DNA from: an uncultured Gemmataceae bacterium
GTDB taxonomy: Bacteria > Planctomycetota > Planctomycetia > Gemmatales > Gemmataceae
Length of the DNA: 64,000 nucleotides
Assembly (NCBI GenBank): GCA_963750165.1
Contig: CAVVPN010000001.1
Coordinates: forward strand, 416,001-480,000
Reading direction: 5' to 3'
The first letter of the stretch is position 1, and each line of letters starts with the position of its first letter. The notes beneath the pieces were generated by a model that was not told the DNA's origin, did no database searches, and saw only the letters and a program-made list of their open reading frames with translations. Made by a program: the position numbers and the translations under genes. Below, in pieces: positions 20,936 to 32,018 of this stretch.

Positions 20936-21095
20936 TTGGGGATAATTTGGGGATAATGTTGGTCAACGCGACCGCTATACGATTCTATCGTATTGAACGC
21001 TGCAAACGGCGCAAAGTTCTGAAAAAATTGGAATTGCGATGCGAATGCAACGCTGCTGAAATGCTGCAAAAGTCGTCGAGCCCTGGACTGTCGAT
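20936..21095. other. Internal att arm with 11-bp core GGACTGTCGAT (21085-21095)
   Basis: Homologous to 48054-48214 (arm pair, TCAACGCGA, GCGAATGCAAC, CCTGGACTGTCGAT) but not followed by the tRNA 3' half. Confidence 0.8.
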
Positions 21096-21387
21096 GAGGT
21101 GGGGCTTTCTTAAGACCGTCCCGATAAGACTCTTAAAATAAAAGACTTATGGCCGCGTTATGCCGACTAAAGCAAATGGCGTGCCAGCGATCCAAGCCAA
21201 AGGGCAGAGCACCGGATAATTTGCCTGGTAGCGTCAGTAATTCTCAGCCCATCACAGACCTCGTTGACTCATGCTGCGGCGGCGTGTCGGACCTCCGCGC
21301 GCTGGGCCCTTCGGCTTGCGCGCGCAGGTGGTTGGGACCGAAGCAGGTTAGTGGTTGCAGATACAGATAGGCATAATGTGGCTTGGC

Positions 21388-21519
21388 GGTGCGGCGGCCG
21401 CGCGCGAGGAGTGCCCCGAGGAGCAACCGGGCGAAGCGGGCGGCGCAGCGCGGGTCGAGCAGAGCCGCCAGGCGGAGAAACCAGTGGCCAAGCGGGGGTG
21501 TTGGTTGCGAGGATGTCAT
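21388..21519 (-). pseudogene. N-terminal transposase remnant (IS701/IS4-like)
   Basis: MTSSQP..WFLRLAALLDPRCAARFARLLLGALLARGRRT, then an abrupt end. Confidence 0.55.
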
Positions 21520-21797
21520 GGGCCGGTCCCTTTGCGTCACGACGACAGTGTGGTAACCGTCATCGTGGCCGGGGGGCCGGCCTTTGGCCACTCGCTACCG
21601 GACAACCCTCAACACATAAGGACTTCACGGAAAGTACAGAGATAGATCAAAGGTGTAAAAACACCTGAAAAAACGGCCCACGTTCTCCGCGTCTTCTTTG
21701 TTCGCCCCGGGTGAGCAATCACCCGGGGCGACCCGGTCTGATTTCTGAACCAACACAACGCGGCAGCAGCCACTCCAAAGCCGGGCGGCGTTTACAC

Positions 21798-22517
21798 CTA
21801 GCCCAAGTCGTAGACAATGCCAGCGTTGCGGAATCTTGGCGTGTGCAACAGGGCTTGCACGGCATAAGGCGCCGGTTCCGTCAACAGGGGAATGTTGCCG
21901 TCATCTGCCAGCACCTGCTCGCGCAACGTCCCGGTCAGTCCCGCGACCTCATTGGTGTGGACGGAGACGGCGAAGAACGCATCCTCCGTCGCACTCAAGG
22001 GACCGAACTGATGGTAAATCGTGCCGTTGAAGCGCAACTGAAAGAGCCGGTCGGGCGCGAGCCGCACTACATGGAGTTCGCGGAAGAACGCATAGGGGTC
22101 CTCGCGGGCTTGCTGCGGACTGCACAGGCTGAATTTGAGTTGGCAACCCTTGCCGCCGGTGATGCCCGCAATCACCCGATGACCGGCGTGGCGATGGAAG
22201 ACCAATTCGCGTTTGCCTACGCCGAACGTGTACACTGCGGTGGCATCCTGCCGGGCAAAGTCGGTCGGCCCAATGCGGGCGCTGGGTTCGTGGAACTCCT
22301 CGACAAACTCGGGATGCCGGCGCTGTTGTTCTAGGGCATTCGCTAAGAGATATTGGCCCGACCCGGAGGGCAGCCGGCCAAGCACGTTCACTTCAATCGG
22401 CACCGAGTCTTGGCCGGTTGCAATCCGCAGGGCGTTTTGCTGGAAATGTTCGACGCCCTTGGCGCGAACGGGGAGGGAGTCGGCATTCGCCAACCATTTG
22501 CTGTCCTCATAAATCAT
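21798..22517 (-). CDS. Hypothetical protein (possible cupin-like fold)
   Basis: 239-aa ORF with RBS; FHRHAGHR and YHQF motifs. Confidence 0.7.
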   Translation of the reverse strand: MIYEDSKWLANADSLPVRAKGVEHFQQNALRIATGQDSVPIEVNVLGRLPSGSGQYLLANALEQQRRHPEFVEEFHEPSARIGPTDFARQDATAVYTFGVGKRELVFHRHAGHRVIAGITGGKGCQLKFSLCSPQQAREDPYAFFRELHVVRLAPDRLFQLRFNGTIYHQFGPLSATEDAFFAVSVHTNEVAGLTGTLREQVLADDGNIPLLTEPAPYAVQALLHTPRFRNAGIVYDLG

Positions 22518-22831
22518 GATATTCCTCTCTTCAGATTTTCACTTGGGTGAAGGCGTTCGCGCCAAGTGCGACGCTGGAAAGTTAGACGGCAACTATTGCG
22601 GTCCCAGTCACTTTCGGCGACGCTTCGTCTCACCTACTGATGGATGTCATGGCGCCGTTTGTGACAGCAATACAGCGAAAAATGGGCCATGCAGAGGTTT
22701 TTCTGATTTCTCTACATGGCCCAGATTTCCGATTTTGGTGTCAGTTTTGAAATATCCGAGCGGGTGTCAGAAACCCCAAACCGACATCAATGAATCAACA
22801 CGCCCCGAATTTCTGTTTCGTTGAGCTTTCA

Positions 22832-23569
22832 TCAATCCACGGGGACTTTCACTTGCCAAGTCAGGCCGGTGTTCGTATCTCGGATAACGAGTGTTGCCGT
22901 TCCCGTGCCGCGATTGCTTGGACTGGTGTTCGCCAACTCGCTGTTCAGAGCGCCGACGGGGTCATTATTGGTATCTGACGCTGAGAGGGATTGGCCATTA
23001 ATGCTAAGGATCGTGTCGCCTGGTTCCAGGCCTAATGATTCTGCTTGGGAGCCTTGCGGCACCGATTGGACAGCCACACCATCATCACTCGGAGCAAATC
23101 CACCACCCAAGGGCGAAAATGCTGGTTTCACCGTGTTGGGGCGAACTCCCTTCGGCTGAACCACATTTGGACGCACCTTGTTCGGCTGAACCGGTTGCGG
23201 CTTGACCCCGTTCGGGCGGACCCCATTCGGCCTCACCGTGTTTGGGCGAACCCCATTCGGCCGCACCGCCTGCGGCCGCACCGCCTGCGGCCGCACCGCC
23301 TGCGGCCGCACCGCCTGCGGCCGCACCGCCTGCGGCCGCACCGCCTGCGGCCGCACCGCCTGCGGCCGCACCGCCTGCGGCCGCACCGCCTGCGGCCGCA
23401 CCGCCTGCGGCCGCACCGCCTGCGGCCGCACCGTCGCCGGCCGCACCGAAGTCGTCCGAACTCCGTGCTGGGCCGCTTCCGTCTCCAGGGAAGTCAACAA
23501 GCTACCCCCGCCGAGGAGGAAACAAAAAATCGCGTCCTTCCAAAAACCGCTAAATTTGATGGACAACAT
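22832..23569 (-). CDS. Secreted pentapeptide-repeat (VRPQA) protein with C-terminal PDZ domain
   Basis: Signal-peptide-like N-terminus; about 23 VxPxx units; GVAVQSVPQGSQAESLGLEPGDTILSING PDZ signature. Confidence 0.75.
   Translation of the reverse strand: MLSIKFSGFWKDAIFCFLLGGGSLLTSLETEAAQHGVRTTSVRPATVRPQAVRPQAVRPQAVRPQAVRPQAVRPQAVRPQAVRPQAVRPQAVRPQAVRPQAVRPNGVRPNTVRPNGVRPNGVKPQPVQPNKVRPNVVQPKGVRPNTVKPAFSPLGGGFAPSDDGVAVQSVPQGSQAESLGLEPGDTILSINGQSLSASDTNNDPVGALNSELANTSPSNRGTGTATLVIRDTNTGLTWQVKVPVD
23259..23423. repeat. 15-bp perfect tandem repeat GGCCGCACCGCCTGC x11
   Basis: Counted directly; degenerate units on both flanks. Confidence 0.97.
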
Positions 23570-23858
23570 AATGTTTTTCCTTTTCGACAGTTGAGCAAGT
23601 AAAGGCAATGAGACTGCCGCCTCTCACTACCTCCTGCAAGGCTAATGTTTGTTGTGTTGTTTGTCCCACACCTCGCGGTTGCATCAGCGAAACGCCAGCG
23701 TTCAGGTGCCCGGACGTCAGGGTCGTGGGCACGGCCCACGCCTCCAGTTGCCCCAGCGCCGGTTGACACCCCCGTTAACCGGCCCCCGGTGGGTGGTACA
23801 ATCCTGCGCCTACCAACAGGAGCCGGGAGGTAAATCCCGGCCCCGCGCTGGGGTCGCC

Positions 23859-24383
23859 TTACTGGTCCTCGTCCACCGGCGTGCTACCGGTGTCCACGTC
23901 ACCCTGGGGGAACCAGAAGATCACCCAGACGTTCAGGTTGTCGTTTCGGTACGCGAACCCGAACATGATGCCGCCGAGCTGTGGCTCCGCGGCGACGGGC
24001 TCGGCCATCGCGACCTGGACCGGGTGGTCGTCGAGATCGACTGTCACTGGGTGGCCGGGGCGGTGGAACTCGAAGGAGTCCGCCTTCTTCTTGCCTTTGG
24101 CCCCCTTGCGGAGGACCTTGGTGGACACGGCCTTACCCTTCGGATGGTCCACGTGCAGGCGGCCGCTGATCTTCTTGTTCTTCACATGCACGTGGGCCCG
24201 GTGCCCGGAGCTGTGTGAATGCAGCAGGTGCCGGCCGTTGCCCTTGCTGGCCAGGTTGATCAGGTTGGGACCGTGGTGGCTGTGAGCGCCGCCCTGCACC
24301 GCCTTCGAGCCGTCGGCCGGGCTCAACGCCAGCACCAGGCTCAACGCCACCGTACTACCGATCCCAAAAATCGCCTTCGTCAT
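23859..24383 (-). CDS. Secreted His/Lys-rich hypothetical protein
   Basis: GAGGAG RBS; signal peptide MTKAIFGIGSTVALSLVLALSPADG. Confidence 0.65.
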   Translation of the reverse strand: MTKAIFGIGSTVALSLVLALSPADGSKAVQGGAHSHHGPNLINLASKGNGRHLLHSHSSGHRAHVHVKNKKISGRLHVDHPKGKAVSTKVLRKGAKGKKKADSFEFHRPGHPVTVDLDDHPVQVAMAEPVAAEPQLGGIMFGFAYRNDNLNVWVIFWFPQGDVDTGSTPVDEDQ

Positions 24384-24546
24384 GAGAAACTCCTCGTCGG
24401 CAGAAAAGTTGAAAGCCCGCGCCGCTCGTCTGCCTGCCGGGCGGGGGCCTTTCTCCCCACACTCAAAAGGACGCACTGGTAAAAATTTGTTACAGGAAAA
24501 AATCGTGACAGTGCCGCCGTTGCCCAAGCTCACCCTCCTTTGTCGA

Positions 24547-24860
24547 TCACTTGTTGGTCGGGTTCACTGGCCGTCTTCTTGGGCTGTAGGGGTGCGGGGT
24601 CGCCCTGACAGATGAAGGCGCCGAAGAAAAACGGCGACTCAAACGATCGGTGGTCGTCGGGTTTCGTCGCCAACCCCTGAAGACCACGACGAATGTTCGT
24701 GCGCCAGACGCGAGGTGTTCGATCCTGGAGGGGGTGAGCCACTCCCGTTTCAATGGGTCGATGATGGCGTCGCCGGTGCTGCGCTGGGCATTGCTGAGGG
24801 CGAAATCACGGTCCATCCTGTTGGTCAGAGATTATCGAAGAAGTGGTTCATCAGACAATC
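24547..24860 (-). pseudogene. Orphan C-terminal tail of a CHAT protein (diverged copy of about 27790-28100)
   Basis: MDRDFALSNAQRSTGDAII...FFFGAFICQGDP versus MDRDLALSDAQRCTRDATI...FYWGAFICQGDP. Confidence 0.85.
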
Positions 24861-25011
24861 AAGCGGCAGGCCAATTGCTGTTCTTTGCCCAACAAGTTCG
24901 GCGGTTCGTCGAACGGGCCCAACTGGTTCGCCAATCAGCGGAAAAAACTCGACCGTCTGCCCATTGCGCAGACTTACCTTGGTTCTGAACTGCAAACGCA
25001 ACAGAAAATGC

Positions 25012-27744
25012 TCAGGGCCGAGACAGAATCGGGTAACGGGTCAGGACGCCCTTGGCGATGGCCTGGAGCAAGCGTTCGGTTTCCGCCAGCCCCGGATCGT
25101 TGATGCGGGTGCGAACCTGCTGGCTTGCTGCCAAGTGATTCACCGCCGTCGCAAGCAATTCGCGCACTTCGGTAGGTGGATGATCGTTGCAGAAATTAGC
25201 CCGGCCCAGCTGTTGGGCCGCGCAGAAGGCAAGTTTCGGCGAGCAGGAAGTGGCCGAGGCCGATTCCCCAGGCGTAGTCGCACGCAGGGTCGGCGGCGGC
25301 AATCAACGGTGGCTGTGACTTGGGAACAGTTTTCAGGGCCGTCCGTGCGTCGCGCTCGGCGGCGGCAGCGTCACCTTCCTCCAGCGCCACGGACGCGCGC
25401 AGCAACAGCAAGTCGATGTGGATGATCCCGAAGCCTCCCTCCCGGGCAAGCCGAAGTCCCTCGTCGGCGGCGTGCCGCGCTTCCCGCAGGCAACGGACTG
25501 TCTCGGGGCCGGCCGGCCCGTCAGCCTTTCGACGGGCGTCGGCGAGAGCGATGCTACCGCCCTCCCACGCCACCCAGCACAGTACCTCCCGGGCATCCCG
25601 CGCCACCGCCCACTCCTGGGCCTCGTGTTGCAATATGCGCGCAGTCGAGAACTCGCCGCGGACGCGGGCCAGGCCAGCAAGCAGCAGATTGCAGCGCGGC
25701 AGATAATGGTGCTGTTCGCCGAAAATATGCCGCAGGACCACCTTGTTCGCCTCGGTCAGTTGCGCCGCTTCTTGATCGCGGCCGAGTCGTGCCAGCAGCC
25801 AGGCATGGTGGACGCCGCGCAAACGGTACAGCGGTCGCTCCTGGTGTTCGTCAAGGTGTTGCCAACGCAGGGCCGTCGCAAAGTCGGCCAGCGCCGCGGA
25901 GGTCTCGCCACGCAATGCCCGCGCGTAGCCGCGGTAGGCATAACTGTCCTTGCGCTCGAAGGCGTAAGAAGCACGTTCGGCCAGGCGGACGGCTTCCTCG
26001 GCGGCGGCCAGGCCCTCCGTCAGCCGGCCTGCCGCGAGCAGCAGGTCCGTCAAGTTTTGATTACAAATCGACGCATTTTTCCAACTGCCCTCGGCCAATC
26101 GCATGGCGAGATTGCGCTTGTAGCAGCTTGCGGCGGCTTCGAGGCGGCCAACCTCCGAGAGGTAGAGCGCATAATCGTTGAGGAAGAAGCCGTGTTCGTG
26201 CGGCCGGAGTTGCTCCGGCAGCGGCGCTGCCTCCGCGGAACGGCCATCGACGAAAGCCCTGCAGATCCGTTCGCCCCGTTCGTAGGCTCCCAAACGGCGC
26301 CCCAGGTTCTCGTAGGCGCCGATCTGATACGAATACATCTCCCAGGCCGCGTCAGCGCAACCGGCCGCCAGCGTGTGGTAGACGATCTCTTCCAGCAGGT
26401 CCAGGGTATGAGCGTCCGAAGGATGCGTTCCTCGGCCAGGCAGTCCACCGAGCGATAGGATCAACCCCTCACGGGCGGCGTCGTGGCCAAGGCGGGCCGC
26501 TTCTTCATCCAGGTGTTTGAGAAAGCCATCGCGCACGGCCGGGTGAACCGTGTAGGTGGCGTCAACCACGCCGGAGAAGGCTGCGGGCCGAGCGACGGCG
26601 GAATCATGCGGCTGGTGTCGCGCGCGTGGCCCAAGCGCCGTCGCCTCCAACAACCGCATCCCCACCAGTTTGTCCATCCGCGCGCACACGTCGGGGAACG
26701 ACAGCGCTGCCAGTTCGGGACCGGAGAGTTTGTCCTTGCCCGGCCCGGTGAAGACCAATGTCAGGAGTTCAGCATCGACGCCCAGCCGGAAGAGGCAAAC
26801 CCGCTCCAGCAAAGCGAGGGCGGCGCGGTCCGTCCGCTCCAGCGCTTCGCAGTAGCGCTGGGCCACGCGCTCGAACCGGGCCGTTTGCTCGGCCACAGCG
26901 CGCAGCCGGTCGCCCGGAACAGCTGTCTCTTCGCCGCGCACTTCCGGCACAGCCCAGTCGCTGGTCACTCCAGTGTCGCCGGCCTCGAAGTGGGCAAGGT
27001 AGCCCCCGGCCAGATCCACCGTCAGGGCGTGGCGGCCGCAGTGGTGCGCCAGGCGTGCCAGTTCGGCGTCGGTCCCCTGGACACCGCGCTGCCGCAGCAG
27101 GGCAATGCAGGCCTCCTCGCTGATGTGCTCGACGGCGATCTCGCGGTAATTCAGGCCGGGACGATCGCGCAGGTCGTCGAGGGCGAAACGAGTCGTGAGC
27201 AGGACGGCGGCCTCTCCGAGCCTGCCCTCGGCGGCGCGAAGGATGAAGCTACGCAGTCTGCCGTCCGCAATGAGCCCGAACGGCGCTCCGCGTAACCCGT
27301 CCTCCTGCACTTTCTCCAGACCGTCGAGGACCAGCAGGCACGGACCGGCGTAGTCGAGCAGACGTACCACTTGCTCGTATGACGGTTGCGTCGTCTCGAC
27401 CCGGTTGACGCGGTCCGTTAGCCAAGCGGCCAGTTGGCTGAAGAAGCCGTCCGGCGTCGGCGCGTCGTAGAAGGAAAAGACGAAGAGCCGGCGCGGCCGC
27501 GGCAGGGTCTCCTGTTTGCGCACGCCGAGTTCCACGGGTAGCACCCCCGGCAACACGCGTAGGAAGCGCTCCACGACAGCGGTCTTGCCGGCGCCGCCGA
27601 TGCCGACGAGGGCACAGACCCCCTTGCCAATCTTCTGCCACCAATCGGCCAGGTGCGCAACTCGGGCCGATCCTGCCAGTCGCGGGCACGCAGCAGGGGG
27701 TGGGCGAAATGGAAGAGCTGTTTCTTCGGAGTTCGATCAGTCAT
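25012..27744 (-). CDS. STAND/NB-ARC-like NTPase with TPR repeats (frameshifts near 27655 and about 25215)
   Basis: Reconstructed Walker A ALVGIGGAGKT, Walker B CLLVLDGLE, LLTTR sensor, GRHALTV, then TPR helices. Confidence 0.85.
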
Positions 27745-27789
27745 GGGACACCTTTTCAGGGAACGCCGCGAAGACCCCCTGACGGCTTG

Positions 27790-28870
27790 TCAGGGAAAGA
27801 GAGGTTTTTCAACGACCGCCTTGACCGCAGGCAATGGCGATGGGTCGCCCTGACAGATGAAGGCACCCCAGTAAAACGGCGCTGCAAACGGTCGGTGGTC
27901 GTCGGCTTTCGCCGCCAGTTCCTGAAGGCCACGACGGCTGTCCAAATTGCCAGAGGCGAGGCGTTCGATCTTGGCGGGGGTGAGCCACTCCTGTTTCAGT
28001 TGACCGATGGTGGCATCGCGGGTACATCGCTGCGCATCGCTGAGGGCGAGGTCGCGATCCATGCGACGGTTGAGCAGGTTGTCGTAGAAGCGGTCCATAA
28101 GGAAGGCGGTTGCCAGGTCGGGCACCTTCCACAGGCTCATCACCAGCGTCTTCGCTCCGGCGACGATGAAGGCTCGCCGCAGGCCGAAAACACCTTCCCC
28201 GGCATGGACCGCGCCCAGACCGGTGTCGCAGGCGGACAGCACGACCAACTCGGTGTCGAGCAAGTCGAGGCCGGAGACGTCCTCGGCGGTCAGCAGGCCG
28301 TCCTCGGCGTCCGGAGGCAGAGGATCACCCCTGAGGAAGGTGTTGGCTCCGGCCAGGGCCAGGCCGGAACGCAGCATCGGGTTTTCCATCCCCGGACCGG
28401 CGAGACGCCCGAAACCGCCGTCCTGTCCGCCGAGGAGTTCCAGGTTGCGGAAGTCGCGATTGGGGTCGCGCGTCTGATCCGGAAGGAAGAAACCGTGGGT
28501 GGCGAGATGCATGACACGCGGTGATCGATACGCCTTGAGCCGACCTTCCAAGGCGGCGCCAGCCAGCAGCGGTTCGACGCCGAGTCGTCGGGCAATCTGC
28601 TCGCCTTCAATGCGTGTTCCGGGGAGACGGTGGAAGTGGAACCGGTTGCTGCCCAGGTCGCGCGAGAGGCGACCGGCAGGGGCGCCGTTGGAACGACGAT
28701 CGGGGTGGGCCTGGCGACTGGTACCGTCTGGCGGCGACCAAACAGCCGGCTCCAGAACCCTCGCCGTGGTGCTGGTTCGGCACCCTGCGGATGTTCGGTT
28801 CGAGCGGACTCGGATTCCAAACGGAGGTCAAAATCCGGATCAGTGACGACCGATGGTTCAGCAGGTTGCC
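27790..28870 (-). pseudogene. CHAT protease domain with intact dyad, 5'-truncated and frameshifted
   Basis: DPDFDL, RLPGTRIE, MHLATHG, LVVLSACDTG, SLWKVPD, YWGAF. Confidence 0.85.
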
Positions 28871-29101
28871 GTCCGGACGGGGATTGAAAGGGCAGCACGT
28901 CGTGGCCGACACTCACATAGTGGATGTCCGCAAATTCAATCGGGCGGCTCGAAGCGCGTCCTCACTCGACTCCCCTCCACTAACCTCCGGTAGAACTCCA
29001 ACAGCAATCCCGCCGTGCCTCGTCCGGCTCCGGCCATAACGCCATCACCACTGCCCGCGCTCCCGCTAGCACGAAAGCCCGCGGCACGCCCACAGCAGTT
29101 A

Positions 29102-30290
29102 TTACCTCGGCAACTAACATCGTCACGTTACTCCGGCTGCCGCATATTGCGTCATCGGGTGCCTGAAGTAACTCATGATCCGTCCGGGGAGGCCGGTCAA
29201 GTGCTCCATGAATTCCTCCAGCTTGGTGCGCAACTCCTGCCGGTCCCTGGGCAACCCGCGCGCGTAGACGTTCCCCTTCAGGTCGTTGTTCAGGTACTCC
29301 ACCGGGTTCCGCTCCGGCGTCTTGACCGGCAGCGTGAACAACTCGATCTGCTCCTCATGCGCCCAGACCCAGTCCTGCACCGCCGCCGCCAGGTGCGCCG
29401 GCAGCGGGTCCACGATCAGGAACACCTTCCGCGCCGAAGCGGCCACCAACCGCTCCAGGAACCCCAGGAACAGCGCCGCGTTCATCATGGCCGTGTACAC
29501 CTGGAAGTGCAACTCCCCGTCGTTGGTCACGGTGGACAGCAGGTTGACCCGGGCCTTGTCCCCCGACACCGGCAACTCCGGCGTCTGCCCCACGCGCGCG
29601 TAGCCGCGCCCCGGGTGGTCGTTGCCGCTCAGGCCCGTCTCGTCCCCCCAGTGGATCTCCGCGCCCTCCCGGGCGGCCCGGGCCTCGATCTCCGGGTAGG
29701 TGCTGTCCAACCACTCGCGGACCTCGTCGGCGTCCTGGCCGCGGGCGTGCCGCCCGGGCCGCTTGCTGGTGTAGCCCCAGCGCCGCAGGTACTCCCCGAC
29801 CGTGCGCACTGGCACCCAGCGGCCGTACTCCCGCGCGATCAGGTCGCGGACGGCGCGGCGCGTCCAGAGCGGGGCGGCGATGTCGAGTTGCTCGGGGCTG
29901 TGGTGGTCGATCAGGTCTTGCAGGTGGCGGGCCTGGGCGTCGTCGAGCACCCGGCCCGAGCCCGTGGGTCGGCCGGTGCGGTCGCCGGGCAGGGCGTCCC
30001 GGCCGCCGGTGCGGTAGGCGCTCCACCAGCGGCAGACGGTCTCGCGGGCCACGCCGAGGGCGTCGGCGATGGTGGTTTGGGGCAGGCCCATGCTGCAGGC
30101 GCGGACAGCGCGCAGGCGGAACGCCTTCAGGGTCTCGTCGGACAGCTGGCGCGTGTTGGGGATGGAGATGGCCATGATGCTTGCTCCTCCCGCTGGCGCG
30201 GGAATGGCGAAAGTCACCCCCTGATAGTATTGTAGGCGACACCCGAGGTCTGGACCGCGAAGCTGGTGACAATGTTAGACGCCGGGGTAA
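29102..30290 (-). mobile_element. IS630-family element (second, diverged)
   Basis: Imperfect 19-bp IRs TTACC(T/C)CGGC..CTAACAT; TA duplicated at 29100-01 and 30291-92. Confidence 0.9.
29123..30175 (-). CDS. IS630-family transposase
   Basis: [22 protein letters not shown]. Confidence 0.93.
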   Translation of the reverse strand: MAISIPNTRQLSDETLKAFRLRAVRACSMGLPQTTIADALGVARETVCRWWSAYRTGGRDALPGDRTGRPTGSGRVLDDAQARHLQDLIDHHSPEQLDIAAPLWTRRAVRDLIAREYGRWVPVRTVGEYLRRWGYTSKRPGRHARGQDADEVREWLDSTYPEIEARAAREGAEIHWGDETGLSGNDHPGRGYARVGQTPELPVSGDKARVNLLSTVTNDGELHFQVYTAMMNAALFLGFLERLVAASARKVFLIVDPLPAHLAAAVQDWVWAHEEQIELFTLPVKTPERNPVEYLNNDLKGNVYARGLPRDRQELRTKLEEFMEHLTGLPGRIMSYFRHPMTQYAAAGVT

Positions 30291-30652
30291 TACATCGACC
30301 CACCTCACCTCCACCTGCAGATCCGCCGACAGCACGACCACTTTCGTCTGTCTCAGGTCGAGCCCGATCACATCCCACGCCGTCAACCGGCCTTCCGCAG
30401 CGTCCCGGTTAGCGCCTGCCAGGGCGACCCTACCCCTCTCGGCGCCGGCTGAGCTGACTCTGACCTCCCGGTTTCCACTGTAATTGATCCGTCCCCGGTG
30501 CGTCTTTCCATCACAGTGGATGAAGAGCGTCACTGCCCGAAACCTGTTATGCCCCGCGATTCAAGGAGTCCACATGACCACGAACATGCCACTGCTGAAC
30601 AGGTCCGAGTTTCTGGAGTGCCTGGGTCTCGATGGATCACCTCGAAGGGCCA

Positions 30653-31962
30653 TCACGCCGGCCGGGCGCTGACGTGGGGCACGGGGATCACCAGGATGCG
30701 CCGGTCCCTTTCTGGGGCCGGCCCTTTCTTCGCGACCAGAATTTCCATACCCCGCACCGGTGTCCTGCGCCCCGCGTCAGCGTCCTCCGAGACAAGCCCA
30801 ATCAGTTCCATCCAGTGGAGCCACTCCAACGGCGTTCGTCTCACATCCTGTGCGGACCAGTGAATCAGGAGGCGTTCGGTCCCTGCGGGGGGTGTCAGCC
30901 GGAAGACCAGGCCACAGCGCTGCCCTGCCCGGTACAGGTTTTCCGGTTCATTTGGCTTCGGCAAGCCGACCTGCACATTGCCGGAGGAATCAAGGACCAG
31001 CACCGTGAGGTAGCCATCGACGGAGGCCAGAGCTTCGACTTTCACCAAGTCACCCGTCGTCGCCGGCTCCGGCCGGCCTTCTTTCACGAGAGGACGGAAT
31101 GTCGTAGGTTCGTCGGCACGGGCGACCGCGATGGCGGCCTGCAATTTCACCGGCACTAGCATGTCCGAGTTACTGTTCAGCACGTGCTCCGTGAGCGCCT
31201 GCCAGCGCACCTCGCGGAGCTGGGTGAGGAAAGTGGGAAGGTCGGCACGTCGCTGGGGATCGGGCTCCAGGCCACTGGAGATGACCTGGCGCAGTTCTTC
31301 GGGAAGAGACGGCCAGTTGGCGTGCTCGGCCGGCGGGGCGTGTTCTCGGGGGCGTGTACCCGTCACCAGGTGCAGCAAAGTGGCGGCCAGCGAAAAGACA
31401 TCCGATTTGGGCGACGCACCGCCGTGGTAGACCTCCGGGGCGATGTAGCCCCTCGTTCCGGCGCCCGGCCTGCCTGATCCACGGCAATGGCGATGCCAAA
31501 ATCGGCGAGAACCGCCTCGTCGGTGTCCACGTTCAACAAGATGTTGTCGGGCTTGATGTCCCGGTGCAGCATGCCCTGAGCATGGACATCGAACAGGGCA
31601 TCGGCCACGCCGGCCGCATAGCGGGCGGCCTGGGCCCATGGCATGGGCCGCCCAGGAGATGTCAGTTTTGCCAGGCAGCCGCCCGAAAGATAGTCCATGA
31701 CCAGAAAGCAGTTCGTGACGCCATCCTTGAGATAGTGAACCTCCACACGGTTGCGGTGCCTGGGAAGCTGGGCTAACCTCTGCGCTTCCTCGATCAATCG
31801 CCGGACCTCGCGCTCGCTGAAGCTCACCTTGTGAAGAACCTTGATGGCACGGAACACCTTCATCTTCACATCCAGAGCCTTCCAGACCTGGCCAAAGGCG
31901 CCGCCGCCGAGGTTGTCGAGAAACTCGAAGCCGTCGAGTTTCGGTTTGTTCGCGAGAGTCAT
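30653..31962 (-). CDS. Ser/Thr kinase with C-terminal DUF4384-like domain (frameshift near 31460)
   Basis: GGGAFG, AIK, HRDIKPDN, DFG, GTRGYIAPE, SDVFSL; then GDLVKVE..DGYLTVL..LTPPAGTERL. Confidence 0.9.
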
Positions 31963-32018
31963 GTCATGTCTCCGGAATTATGGAAAGTGGCGAGGAGTCG
32001 CCCTGGCAAGATCCCGAT

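Larger units (their letters stand above)
28920..30430 (-). pseudogene. Orphan CHAT C-terminus (paralog of about 39240-39540) split by IS630
   Basis: ALAGANRDAAEGRLTAWDV...[28 protein letters not shown] rejoins in frame across the TA site. Confidence 0.8.

Noticed and set aside
23259..23423. Possible CRISPR array
   Set aside because: Head-to-tail 15-bp units with no spacers, in frame within a coding sequence; no cas genes in the window
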